Source: a virus
Virus record (IMG/VR): IMGVR_UViG_3300020074_000032
Length of the DNA: 49,136 nt
Direction: 5' to 3' (one strand)
In this document: positions 36,090 to 45,518 of the stretch, in pieces
How the letters are laid out: each line of letters begins with the position of its first letter
Numbering within the stretch: the stretch's first letter is position 1
Translations under genes and position numbers: made by a program
The notes under the pieces: generated by a model
Told to the model about the DNA's origin: nothing
What the model saw: only the letters and a program-made list of their open reading frames with translations
Database searches by the model: none

Positions 36090-36874
36090 TTTAACTCCAA
36101 ACTTAAATCATATAATTTATTATACAGTTTATTTGCTTTTTTCATTTTCTTTTTGAACTTTTTATTTTTTAACCTACTTAAAACTTCATTTGATTTAGTG
36201 CTATCAATTTTAGAAATATTATTTGATTCATGTATTTTTATGTTATACATTTTTGAAAAATAATTCAAAAGTTTATTATGTTTTGCCCTTTTTTCTATTC
36301 TATCATTATGTAATTGAATTATGTCTTCAAATTTTATGATAGTTATATTTTTATTATTTTTTAATACATACTTTGCGTAACGGTTATAAAAATTTATACT
36401 TTCAAATATGAGAGTATCTAAATGTTTTTTTTGATAATATTTTTCCTTGTATTCTAATCTTTTTTTATTAATTCTTATTTGATTAACAGCTGAACTTATC
36501 GTAGCGTATGGTTCTCTTACTGGAACAATAACAACCTTATTCTGCATAATAGCTTGCTCAAGTAAAACTATCCTGTGTGCCATTGGTGTAGACATTGATA
36601 TATTTGAAAAAGATTCTAGAATTGCTTCTCGTAAAGAAGTATTACCCTGTCTAGGATATCCGTCTACAGTCATATCTACTATAGTTTCTGCATTTATTGA
36701 TCTCCAATATTTATTAGTTTTTACAAATTCTAAATCTAAATTTTGATCTTCTTTCCATCTGTTTTTATGAAATACCCACATTCCAGCGTCTACGGGTCTA
36801 GTTAAATCCATATATTTTTTTTCAAAAAAATTAGTAGTTTGATTTAGTAATCTGAAATTTATCTGATAATTCAT
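36086..36874 (-). CDS. Sulfotransferase-like P-loop protein, 262 aa
   Basis: VDGYPRQGNTSLREA resembles the 5'-PAPS loop (YPKSGTT); VVIVPVREPYATISSAV resembles the R-x-P...S 3'-phosphate motif; ITIIKFEDI resembles the yEDl motif. Confidence 0.55.
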   Translation of the reverse strand: MNYQINFRLLNQTTNFFEKKYMDLTRPVDAGMWVFHKNRWKEDQNLDLEFVKTNKYWRSINAETIVDMTVDGYPRQGNTSLREAILESFSNISMSTPMAHRIVLLEQAIMQNKVVIVPVREPYATISSAVNQIRINKKRLEYKEKYYQKKHLDTLIFESINFYNRYAKYVLKNNKNITIIKFEDIIQLHNDRIEKRAKHNKLLNYFSKMYNIKIHESNNISKIDSTKSNEVLSRLKNKKFKKKMKKANKLYNKLYDLSLELK

Positions 36875-37712
36875 GATACCCTTTGCTTATTAAATAATCC
36901 CTAAAGTCTTGAGCTAGATTTGGCATGTAGATATTGGTATCGTATTGTGCATTTTCTGGATCTTTTATTGGATCAGTAACACTTTCGTTAACAGCTGGAT
37001 TCGGAGTACCTTGACTATACCAACCTAAATAAGAATATCTTTCACCTCCTGTAACCATTTTAACTTCGTGTGCGCCCATGTAGTTGGATGGAAACAAAAG
37101 AAGATCACCCTTTTTGGGTTTATAAGTTATGTCAAAATAATTAAAATAATGTTCTCCGCCACTAAAATTTGTTCCATCTAACAAAGACTTATCTTCTACG
37201 TGATCATTTAAATAAAAAAGATTGGTAACCATACTTCTAAGGGCCAATTGATCTTTGGGTTCCCAAATACCATAAATATAATCCGCACTTACATCTGAGT
37301 GAGTCCCTAAATAAACACCTTCATTATACTTTAGAAAATGTCCTTTTACTTTCCACCATATACATTTATATGCTAACGGAAATAGCTCCAAGTATTTTAA
37401 TAGATATTTATCTTTTGTGTCTTCTACGAATTTCAAAAACTCCATAACTTTTGAATCTTTTCTTTGATGAGTTGCTGAAGCTCTTTTTGGCATTTGGTTA
37501 ATTGAGTTTTTTCCAAAAAAATATCCACTTTTATTTACATATATTTCTTCATTTGTTTCTGGATCTATTCCTGGCTTATACATTTCATTCCATTCATCTT
37601 GTATAAATTCATCAACAACCTTCCTTACCCAGTCCCATTCTAGTTCGATAGCATTTTCAAACAAAACAATCCCACCACCCAAGTGTTGAGCTTTTGAATC
37701 AGTGTATCTCAT
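36831..37712 (-). CDS. 2OG-Fe(II) oxygenase-like protein, 293 aa
   Basis: GTHSDVSAD (HxD); GAHEVKMVTGGERYSYLGWYSQG. Confidence 0.8.
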   Translation of the reverse strand: MRYTDSKAQHLGGGIVLFENAIELEWDWVRKVVDEFIQDEWNEMYKPGIDPETNEEIYVNKSGYFFGKNSINQMPKRASATHQRKDSKVMEFLKFVEDTKDKYLLKYLELFPLAYKCIWWKVKGHFLKYNEGVYLGTHSDVSADYIYGIWEPKDQLALRSMVTNLFYLNDHVEDKSLLDGTNFSGGEHYFNYFDITYKPKKGDLLLFPSNYMGAHEVKMVTGGERYSYLGWYSQGTPNPAVNESVTDPIKDPENAQYDTNIYMPNLAQDFRDYLISKGYHELSDKFQITKSNY

Positions 37713-38619
37713 TTTTATCTTTTTCCCTTTTTACTTCTTGTTGTGTATTATTGCTGGTACTTACTCTATTAGCTGCCCTTAGTAGTGTTGAAATTTTATC
37801 TTGATCATTTTTATATTTATTCATAACATTATTTGTATAGTCCTGAAAAACTTCAGGCATCCAAATCTGGCCACTATCTATTATATCGGATTTTTCTCTT
37901 ATATTTATACCCCTTTTTTCGTCCGGAGATCCTTGAGCGTAATAACCAACATATCCGTATCTGTAGCCCTGTATACATGGCCTTACTTCATGCGTAGCTA
38001 AATAGTTGGAAGGAAACATTATAAGATCACCAGATTTTGGGGCATATTCTACCTTGGCATAAGGGAAAACTATTTCTCCACCAGTATAACAATATGGATC
38101 ATTTTTGTCTAACTCTTTTAAAGAATTATTCATGTATAGAATTGCTCCAACAACATTTCTTATAGCTAACTGTTGATCCGGTATTGCTCCTGGCTGATAA
38201 TTTACATCGTTATCGCAATGTAGTCCAAAATCGCTTTTTGGAGAATAGGCAACGACGTGCCCTTGAGTTCTCCACCATAAGCAGGGTAGAATCATTGGAA
38301 AAAATTCTATATATTCTAATAGACATTTATAGATTGTGTCTTCGCATCTTTTAAAAAAATTTATATATTTTTCTTCTTTATCTGGTGTAGCAAACTCCAT
38401 TATATGCGAACATGATGTCTCTATGTCTTCAAGGATATATCTGTGACCAGATCTATTAACTGCATGAGTTGGATTATTATCTTTATCGTAAATAATGGTA
38501 AAATCTTTTTTTAATGCTTCTTTTTTTAAATTAAATAAATATGGAATTATTAAGTTTTGATCTATATCTAAAGCGTTTTTGAATAAAATGATTCCAGTCC
38601 CTAGATCTATTGTTTTCAT
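37699..38619 (-). CDS. 2OG-Fe(II) oxygenase-like protein, 306 aa
   Basis: FGLHCDNDVNY (HxD); ATHEVRPCIQGYRYGYVGYYAQG. Confidence 0.8.
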   Translation of the reverse strand: MKTIDLGTGIILFKNALDIDQNLIIPYLFNLKKEALKKDFTIIYDKDNNPTHAVNRSGHRYILEDIETSCSHIMEFATPDKEEKYINFFKRCEDTIYKCLLEYIEFFPMILPCLWWRTQGHVVAYSPKSDFGLHCDNDVNYQPGAIPDQQLAIRNVVGAILYMNNSLKELDKNDPYCYTGGEIVFPYAKVEYAPKSGDLIMFPSNYLATHEVRPCIQGYRYGYVGYYAQGSPDEKRGINIREKSDIIDSGQIWMPEVFQDYTNNVMNKYKNDQDKISTLLRAANRVSTSNNTQQEVKREKDKNEIH

Positions 38620-38624
38620 ACTGT

Positions 38625-39731
38625 TTATTCAACTTTTTGTGGATCTGTGCCACACGGTCCTTCTGGTAAATTTTCGGTTGTCTTTTTTTCGTCTTCTTCT
38701 AACTCTACTGCGTCATGGCTCTTGCCGTACTGAACAACGTTTCTTCCCTGATATACTGGATTCCATCCCGCTTCTAATTTATACTTCTCTGCGTGCGACC
38801 ATCTTGAATACTCTGACTTGCAATAAGTTTCGTAATCATCATATATGTTATTAAACCATACTGGTGGACACCATTCAAAACTTTCTTGGGGTTCAGATAT
38901 AACTACATTTGTTTGTTGCTCTGAAGCACCTTGGCCAAAAAAGGTAAGATAAGAGTATCTTACGCCCTTGCCCATTTTTTCCACATCATGAGAAGCTACA
39001 TAATTTGTTGGAAAAAATATTATGTCTCCCATTTTTGGTTTGTATGAAATATTTAGATGAACAAAACGAAGATTTCCACCAGTAAAATTTTGTCCATCTA
39101 ACTGATCCTCTGAGTCAACACAGTCATTCAGATATATAAGAGCTCCACAGGTTTGCCTAGCGGCAACCATTCCTCTTGGCATGTATCTTACGCCTTGTGT
39201 TACTTTGTAATTTGTGTCATTATCAGCGTGACAACCAAGTATTCCGCCATCGCCATATCTAAGTATGTGCCCTCTGGTTTTCCACCATATTGAGCCTATC
39301 ATTAAAGGATAATAATCTATATATTTTATTAAGCCTTTATATATTTGTTCTTCTAAATAGATAAACCAATTTTTTATTTCTTTATCTGTTTTTGGATTAA
39401 CTGGATCAAGTATTCTTACTGGAGCACATGGTACGTCTTCTGGTCTGTATCTAAAACCATCCTCGTTAATTGCGTACTCTTCTCCCTCTTCTGTTTTTGT
39501 CCACTTCCATCTAGTTTTATTGGCTTCTTCCGCTCTGCTATCTATATGCTTTAATATTAAATTTTTATCTATAGTAAAAACATTATGAATAACAACTATT
39601 CCAGGAGCTATTTCTTCGGATTCAAATGAGCCTATTTCCGTTCTCTCTTTTTCTCCTATTACTGGAGAAACCGGATACGGTTCTGAGTTTCTATTTGCCT
39701 CGTTGGGGGTTGACCAATCTTGATCTATCAT
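38625..39731 (-). CDS. 2OG-Fe(II) oxygenase-like protein, 368 aa
   Basis: LGCHADNDTNY (HxD); ASHDVEKMGKGVRYSYLTFFGQG. Confidence 0.8.
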   Translation of the reverse strand: MIDQDWSTPNEANRNSEPYPVSPVIGEKERTEIGSFESEEIAPGIVVIHNVFTIDKNLILKHIDSRAEEANKTRWKWTKTEEGEEYAINEDGFRYRPEDVPCAPVRILDPVNPKTDKEIKNWFIYLEEQIYKGLIKYIDYYPLMIGSIWWKTRGHILRYGDGGILGCHADNDTNYKVTQGVRYMPRGMVAARQTCGALIYLNDCVDSEDQLDGQNFTGGNLRFVHLNISYKPKMGDIIFFPTNYVASHDVEKMGKGVRYSYLTFFGQGASEQQTNVVISEPQESFEWCPPVWFNNIYDDYETYCKSEYSRWSHAEKYKLEAGWNPVYQGRNVVQYGKSHDAVELEEDEKKTTENLPEGPCGTDPQKVE

Positions 39732-40342
39732 CCTAATACCTCGTCAATTGCTTCTCTTATTGTCCATCCTGCACCCTGTATTCGAGGAATAGTATCTAAT
39801 GGCATGTCTTGCCAATTAAATCTAGATACCATTGATCCATCTCTAGATATAAGAAATTTTTCATATCCGTGAGATATTCGCGCTATTGCTTGACCAGCTA
39901 AGTTTTGATTTCTTTTTGCTCCCTCAGAATCGTTTGCCGCGTAGTCATCATAGTTTCTTTTTTCTATTCCTTTTAAGAAAGAGAAAACTTCGTGTTCGTT
40001 TTTTCCATTTACGTCTACTTTTTCAAATATTGGAAAAGTAACAAAACTATAGTGGTTTTCTATAAATTGTTTTATTTCTTCGTTTGATCCAGGTTCCATT
40101 GAGCCAAATTGATTATTTGGAAAAGCCAAAACAGAGAAACCTCTATTTTTAAATTCATCGTGAACTTTTTGCAATTGCCAAAGCTGTCTACAGGTTCTTG
40201 CGTAAGACCATAAGTTAGAGCAATGGGGTGTGTATCCAGCTTTGGATGATATGTTTACCACAAGAACAACTTTTCCATTAAATGTCGAAAGGTAATCTTC
40301 TTTGCCGTCAATAGATGATACTTTTATATTATACAGTGACAT
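39728..40342 (-). CDS. Glutathione peroxidase-like protein lacking the peroxidatic Cys, 204 aa
   Basis: GKVVLVVNISSKAGYTP...GFSVLAFPNNQFGSMEPGSNEEIKQF matches the GPx fold motifs VNVASKCGxT and FPCNQFGxQEPG. Confidence 0.8.
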   Translation of the reverse strand: MSLYNIKVSSIDGKEDYLSTFNGKVVLVVNISSKAGYTPHCSNLWSYARTCRQLWQLQKVHDEFKNRGFSVLAFPNNQFGSMEPGSNEEIKQFIENHYSFVTFPIFEKVDVNGKNEHEVFSFLKGIEKRNYDDYAANDSEGAKRNQNLAGQAIARISHGYEKFLISRDGSMVSRFNWQDMPLDTIPRIQGAGWTIREAIDEVLG

Positions 40343-40631
40343 CTAGAACTCCTTCAAATGGTACTCTTAAGTATTCATCTATTTCTACAAAACCAGTCAT
40401 TAAATTATTATTTATTAAACCAGTAAAATTAATTGTCGCGTCAATCGGCACTTGAGTTGTTTCTTTCCAGTGAATGCTTTTGTTATCTAAAAAAATTATA
40501 GAGTTTATTTTTAAAGTGCCATTATTATTTTGAACATCACCATAAAAGCCTTGTTCGTTAGAAAAAATATTTAAAATAAATATCTCCTCACCAAACGGTG
40601 TATTTACTGATATCTTCCATTTTCCTAACAT
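40329..40631 (-). CDS. Hypothetical beta-strand-rich protein, 100 aa
   Basis: Intact ORF overlapping the GPx-like start. Confidence 0.6.
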   Translation of the reverse strand: MLGKWKISVNTPFGEEIFILNIFSNEQGFYGDVQNNNGTLKINSIIFLDNKSIHWKETTQVPIDATINFTGLINNNLMTGFVEIDEYLRVPFEGVLDVTV

Positions 40632-40666
40632 ACAAATCCTTTTTCGTTAGTTCTTATAATATTATA

Positions 40667-41434
40667 TCATAATGGTTGTTCAAAAACAAACAATTTTTCA
40701 GCATAACCAATTGGAGGATTATCTTTATGCCAAACGTTAATTCCCGTAATAAAACGTTTTCCGCCAACTCCATTGGGAGTAGTTCCATGTATAATCATCC
40801 CAGCATCGAAAATAATTAATCTATTTGGTATGTATGCTATTTTGTCAACTTTATTTTCTGGTTTATAAAACTTTTCTAAGGCTATTGCTCTTTCTTTGTT
40901 TTCTTCTTGAAAAGTAGCTAGCTGATATCTTTTTTCCATATCTATTTCAACTCTTCCAGAATGTATTTCTAGAAATCCAGCGTTATTATTTTCTTCAACA
41001 TCAAAATGGGCATAGTAAACTGCGCCTAATACTGGACATCTAAATTCTCCAGTTCTTTCATATAGAAACGTATCTTCGTCCAAATGAAGCGGGAGGTATT
41101 GACCAGAGCTATAAGTTCTGGTCCAATATTCAAAACCTACTATATCTTCTTTATCGCATGGTAGATTTGGTTCCCAAATTTGTTGAACTAATCTTTTTTT
41201 TACAGTATCGGCAGGGCTTTTCCACCATCCATCCCAAAACATCCATGGAGAATAGATTGAAGATTCTCCGTGATATATGTTCCCAGTTTTTAACTGTCTT
41301 GGATCGTCTCCCATTTTTTCTGGAAAAAAAGATGAATCGCTTTCTATGTCGTTGAGAAGTTCTTTGTCTTCTATATAGTTATCTATAATTTTAATTGTTT
41401 TTTGAGCATCTGTTATTTTTTTATCTTTATACAT
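40667..41434 (-). CDS. 2OG-Fe(II) oxygenase-like protein, 255 aa
   Basis: LPLHLDEDTF (HxD); MIIHGTTPNGVGGKRFITGINVWH. Confidence 0.8.
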   Translation of the reverse strand: MYKDKKITDAQKTIKIIDNYIEDKELLNDIESDSSFFPEKMGDDPRQLKTGNIYHGESSIYSPWMFWDGWWKSPADTVKKRLVQQIWEPNLPCDKEDIVGFEYWTRTYSSGQYLPLHLDEDTFLYERTGEFRCPVLGAVYYAHFDVEENNNAGFLEIHSGRVEIDMEKRYQLATFQEENKERAIALEKFYKPENKVDKIAYIPNRLIIFDAGMIIHGTTPNGVGGKRFITGINVWHKDNPPIGYAEKLFVFEQPL

Positions 41435-41445
41435 TTTATTTTACT

Positions 41446-42121
41446 TTATTCATAGTAAAAAGAATTTGATTTTAGTCCCGTTGGAGGAACGTCTTTGTGC
41501 CATACGTTTATAACCATTACTTCTCTCTTACCAGATAAAGCTGGTGTAGTATTATGTATTGTATGCCCTACGTCAAAAATAACTAACCTGTTACCCTTGT
41601 ATGCTATTCTTTCTCTAAATTCTACTGGAGAGATATAGTCACAAACGTATTCTTGTTCAAGAGCGCCTTGTGTATAATCTTGTAATTTTTTAGAATGAAC
41701 TTCTAAAAAACCGCCATTTTCATTTTCGCAACCGATAGTATACACACCCTATTATTGGTCCAGTATAAATTTTATCTTTTGCGTACAGAAAGGTATCTTC
41801 ATCTACGTGAAACTGAAGATATTGACCTGGATGATATGTTCTTGTCCAATATTCAAAACCTAAAATATCATCTAAATTATACTCTAGATTATCTTCCCAT
41901 ATAAGTTTAATAATTTCTTTTTTAAGAGTATTTACAGGCGATCTCCACCATCCATCCCAAAACATATAAGGGGCAAAACAACTTGCTGCCTCATTGTGAT
42001 ATGAGTTTATTTCAGTTGCTATTTTTTCTTTGTCTCCCATTGCAACGGGGAAGAATGAGATATCTTTTGAAATTTTTTCTAACGTAGAAACATCTTTAAT
42101 ATAATTATCAATTATTTTCAT
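41446..42121 (-). CDS. 2OG-Fe(II) oxygenase-like protein, 224 aa after one +1 shift at CGG 41732-41734
   Basis: LQFHVDEDTF (HxD) lies in the listed 133-aa ORF and HTIHNTTPALSGKREVMVINVWH in the 99-aa ORF; CGG/+1 joins them (...GCVYY-CGGT-CENENGGFLEVHS) collinear with the 255-aa paralog (...GAVYYAHFDVEENNNAGFLEIHS). Confidence 0.8.
41732..41734 (-). other. In-frame CGG frame-change site 11 (TAC TAT CGG T | TGC GAA)
   Basis: Joins two halves of a 2OG-Fe(II) oxygenase, collinear with an intact paralog. Confidence 0.9.
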
Positions 42122-42130
42122 ATAATATTA

Positions 42131-42916
42131 TTATGTGAGGTTTTTAGTAACTACCGTAAAACCAATAAAAGATGGAATATGATAACTGTTTGATCCAGTA
42201 AGCTCTCTTATATCATCATGCAGTTTAGTTGCTAATGACCCTACTGCATAACTAGTGTAGGAAACACTGAAGAAATTTGAATTATGAATAAAAATTGCTC
42301 CATTGTCTGAAAGTGCATCGTATAAATCTTTAAGAATATTTTCATTTGGATTTGAGGTCAAATATCCAAAACTGGTAATTATTAAATCAATACCGTTTGG
42401 TATAACCCCGTTCTGAATATCAAGTGGATCTAGAACATTCAGTTGCGTTTCTTTATCCATGATAATTGCTTCTTCTCTGTACAAATTCTCATCATTTGGA
42501 ACAAAAATGCTTATATCAAATTCTTTTTCAAGATACTCAAATGGTGTTCTCCAAAATTGTGGATCGGTAAAAAGCATTTTTTTAGGTTTTGATAATTGAA
42601 TTATCATTTCAATTTGAGCTGCTTCGTATCTTCTTGCTGCTAACATTTCAATCAAATTTCTTGAAAGTATTTCGTATGTATGTAAATCACTGGGGAAACG
42701 GCCTATTGACTTTGTGGATCTATCAGCGTTGATTGACTTCTCAAATTCAAGCACTTGGTGCGATCTTGTTTTTAATTTTTCATCTGTAATTAATTTTTGA
42801 TATTTTGTTTTGCTTTTTTCAGCAGAGAAAGCCATACCCTGGAACATGTTCATCTCTTCGCTTCCCCTAAATAAAGAAGCTCTCTTTTTTTTGTATGATT
42901 CTGAATCTGTAGTCAT
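42131..42916 (-). CDS. Possible Rossmann/methyltransferase-like protein, 261 aa
   Basis: IPNGIDLIITSFGYLTSNPNENILKDLYDALSDNGAIFIHNSNF resembles the central sheet of a class I SAM methyltransferase fold; weak. Confidence 0.35.
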   Translation of the reverse strand: MTTDSESYKKKRASLFRGSEEMNMFQGMAFSAEKSKTKYQKLITDEKLKTRSHQVLEFEKSINADRSTKSIGRFPSDLHTYEILSRNLIEMLAARRYEAAQIEMIIQLSKPKKMLFTDPQFWRTPFEYLEKEFDISIFVPNDENLYREEAIIMDKETQLNVLDPLDIQNGVIPNGIDLIITSFGYLTSNPNENILKDLYDALSDNGAIFIHNSNFFSVSYTSYAVGSLATKLHDDIRELTGSNSYHIPSFIGFTVVTKNLT

Positions 42917-42917
42917 C

Positions 42918-43176
42918 TTAATTTCTCTTTTTTATATTTTGATAATAATAAAGTGTTTGCTGAGCTAGATCGCTTATCGTAAGCTGATGCTCTCTAACGG
43001 AAGTGGATACTGATCCCATTTCACTACCGTAATCCAGGATATGTTTGATGAATTTGATTTAACATTTCTTCAGGTGTAATTGTGTCAAGTTTACTTTCAT
43101 CAAGTCCGATTGAAAAAAGAGTATACAATAAGTTATATTGTAAAAATCTAACGTGTTTCTGTTTGTCGTATTTCAT
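42918..43176 (-). CDS. Previously unlisted 85-aa protein, visible only with a +1 shift at CGG 43027-43029
   Basis: ATG 43176 overlaps TGA of the upstream gene (ATGA). MKYDKQKHVRFLQYNLLYTLFSIGLDESKLDTITPEEMLNQIHQTYPGL-CGGT-SEMGSVSTSVREHQLTISDLAQQTLYYYQNIKKRN, TAA at 42918-42920. Confidence 0.65.
43027..43029 (-). other. In-frame CGG frame-change site 12 (GGA TTA CGG T | AGT GAA)
   Basis: Zero frame ends CGG TAG; +1 stays open to TAA just before the next ATG. Confidence 0.85.
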
Positions 43177-43475
43177 GTATTCTCTTCATCTAAAGATTTT
43201 ATTATTTCTTCTTTTATTGATTCTATTATTTTTGTAGATTTACTGTAGTCAAAAAAGACATTGCATTGATATTCTTCAGAGGCGTGCACTTTGTTAAGCA
43301 CTTCTTTAGTTGAGATTTCGTTATTCATCCAACTAGATATAATCGTATTTCTTTCCTCTGTTGCTGTACCGTCTATTTCTAATAAGCCATTTACTCCCAG
43401 TGCCTCGACAGAATCCATATATGGGTCACCACATAATTCTGGTAAGTTTTTACTTTGAATAGGAATTTTGTTCAT
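43173..43475 (-). CDS. Hypothetical protein, 100 aa
   Basis: Intact ORF. Confidence 0.6.
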   Translation of the reverse strand: MNKIPIQSKNLPELCGDPYMDSVEALGVNGLLEIDGTATEERNTIISSWMNNEISTKEVLNKVHASEEYQCNVFFDYSKSTKIIESIKEEIIKSLDEENT

Positions 43476-43481
43476 AGTAAA

Positions 43482-43700
43482 CTAGCTTTTTAGATTCTTT
43501 AGATCGATTATCGCATTACTTAAAACGACATGATGGCCATAGAGTGGATCTGATTCATCTGGAATAACTATATTATTTTCGAGGGAAATAGTTTCTGGAT
43601 TAATTGCAAGATCTAGGGCCAGTTGATAAATAAATTTTTCTTTTTGTTTTATTGCGCGAAGTTTTGCTTTATTTTTGTCGTTTTCTGAAATTTCAAACAT
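43482..43700 (-). CDS. Hypothetical protein, 72 aa
   Basis: Intact ORF with overlapping neighbour. Confidence 0.55.
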   Translation of the reverse strand: MFEISENDKNKAKLRAIKQKEKFIYQLALDLAINPETISLENNIVIPDESDPLYGHHVVLSNAIIDLKNLKS

Positions 43701-43956
43701 ACAAATATCCTTTTTCTTTGATTAATAAATCAATTATTTTAAGTTTTTTTGTTAACGTTAACATTGTTTTTTGAGTTGCATAACTTTTCATATTTTCAGT
43801 ATCTTCTTCACTAAAAGAATAACTTGTTATTTCAAAATTTGGAAAGTATTCTTCGTTTAATCTAAAAAGACTCCAAATTTCTGTAATTGCTTTATCTTTT
43901 TCTATTAATAGCATATTTATTATATCATCCTTAGACAATAAATCATAAGCAGACAC
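43693..43956 (-). CDS. Hypothetical protein, 87 aa
   Basis: Intact ORF. Confidence 0.55.
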   Translation of the reverse strand: MSAYDLLSKDDIINMLLIEKDKAITEIWSLFRLNEEYFPNFEITSYSFSEEDTENMKSYATQKTMLTLTKKLKIIDLLIKEKGYLYV

Positions 43957-44021
43957 TTGAATACCTCTTCAAATTTAATACAAAAATTATACACTTATAG
44001 TAAATATATTTTCATCAAATA

Positions 44022-44723
44022 TCAATAAGGTTCTTTTAATTTAATTAATCCAGAACTAGAAGGCCCTATTTTTTCTCCCTTTTCATTAATTCCGGTTTTA
44101 ATACCCTTCATCCATGTCCATGGTTCTTCTGCATTCTTCTTCATCTTGGCTTCACCATATGACATTCTTTGACTCATTAAATCTGGTTTATCCCATAAAT
44201 TTTCTATTTTAAATTCAACAGACTCTAATAAATCATTTTTTATCATAGTAAAATGCATAAATGGCATACCCTTAGCAAATACTACTGGTTCATTTATTTT
44301 AGTAATTTTCCAATTCATATTAAATTCATCAGGCCACCAAAAACTAGGTATAGTTGCCGATAACGGAACAGCGCCATCGACAAAGTAATTTGGAGATCCA
44401 GATATGAATGTACTATATCCATCCTCTGTTCCAAAGGTCCATCCAGTCGTAAATGACATTATCCCAATAATGCTGGGAATAACAATTGCTCTATCATTTA
44501 GGGTTGCTCCCTCTAATACTTTTGGTGGACTATTTGTTCCATCCCACTCTACTACAACATCTTGTTGAAGTATAAGTTCCCAACCACTAACATTGGCCAC
44601 TGTCATTGGAAGACATTGATACGCGTGTTTGTTGTAAGTATCATCCATCCAGTCTCTTTTTAGTCGAGATTGTTTAATTTCTGGAGGATTTTGGTGAGTT
44701 TTTGTTAAGGTAAATAATGCCAT
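44022..44723 (-). CDS. DUF6065-like protein, 233 aa
   Basis: HAYQCLPMTVANVSGWELILQQDVVVEWDG plus FMHFTMIKNDLLESVEFKIENLWDKPD recalls the DUF6065 family; from memory of the motif only. Confidence 0.5.
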   Translation of the reverse strand: MALFTLTKTHQNPPEIKQSRLKRDWMDDTYNKHAYQCLPMTVANVSGWELILQQDVVVEWDGTNSPPKVLEGATLNDRAIVIPSIIGIMSFTTGWTFGTEDGYSTFISGSPNYFVDGAVPLSATIPSFWWPDEFNMNWKITKINEPVVFAKGMPFMHFTMIKNDLLESVEFKIENLWDKPDLMSQRMSYGEAKMKKNAEEPWTWMKGIKTGINEKGEKIGPSSSGLIKLKEPY

Positions 44724-44725
44724 AC

Positions 44726-45430
44726 TTATTTCATTGGAGATAATAATTCAGAATTAGATTCATTCGTCTTAGATGAATCTAAATATTTTGGAACGTTAGT
44801 TCCGTATTCAGTGTTTTTATGATTAGCATCGTTGTAATCATACATTGTTACCGCGCAATATTTTACTCCTTCAGTTACCTTTAGTCCAGCGTGAGCGAAA
44901 ATAAATGTTGATGGAAAAAATATTACATCTCCTTTTTTAGCTTTTATTTTAATATCGAGAAAAGGAAACCATAACTCTCCCCCTTGGTAATCGTCATTAA
45001 AATAGCCTATAGAAGACACTGTGCATGTGTAGGAAAACCCATGGTCAGAATGAACAGAAAAATGTTGTCCATTTTTATATCTTACAAAATTAATAGCTTC
45101 CTGAAATTCCATAGTAAAGTTATATCTGCTTTGATAGTGCTGTAGACATTCATTTAAGACAGTATTTGTATCGTTGTATATATTTTCTATTTCTTTGAAT
45201 TCTTCGCCCAAATGAGGCCAATGCACAGGACTGACTTTCAAGTCGACGCAGTCCCTATAATCTGGCATTTTCGTGTTGTAGCCCACCATCGCTTCGGACC
45301 ATTTAAAAAATTCATGATTACTATTTCCTATTGTTTTTTCTAATCTTTCTGGAATGTTTAGATTTTCTGGAATTGCATTCCTATAAAGATTTATTCCAAG
45401 TTTTGGATCACCAACATGATAATATTCCAT
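44726..45430 (-). CDS. 2OG-Fe(II) oxygenase-like protein, 234 aa
   Basis: FSVHSDHGF (HxD), GYFNDDYQGGELWFP, FAHAGLKVTEGVKYCAVTMY. Confidence 0.8.
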   Translation of the reverse strand: MEYYHVGDPKLGINLYRNAIPENLNIPERLEKTIGNSNHEFFKWSEAMVGYNTKMPDYRDCVDLKVSPVHWPHLGEEFKEIENIYNDTNTVLNECLQHYQSRYNFTMEFQEAINFVRYKNGQHFSVHSDHGFSYTCTVSSIGYFNDDYQGGELWFPFLDIKIKAKKGDVIFFPSTFIFAHAGLKVTEGVKYCAVTMYDYNDANHKNTEYGTNVPKYLDSSKTNESNSELLSPMK

Positions 45431-45450
45431 TTTAAACTCCTAAAGTTAGT

Positions 45451-45480
45451 TTGTGCTATTCGCATATTAAATGATATACT
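45451..45480 (+). promoter_or_regulatory. Candidate sigma70-type promoter for the plus-strand gene pair
   Basis: TTGTGC (45451-45456), 18 nt spacer, TATACT (45475-45480), followed by AGGA SD about 12 nt upstream of ATG 45519, in the only divergent intergenic region. Confidence 0.5.
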
Positions 45481-45518
45481 ATTCTGACTAGATACGCATA
45501 GTTAGGATGAGAAAATAG

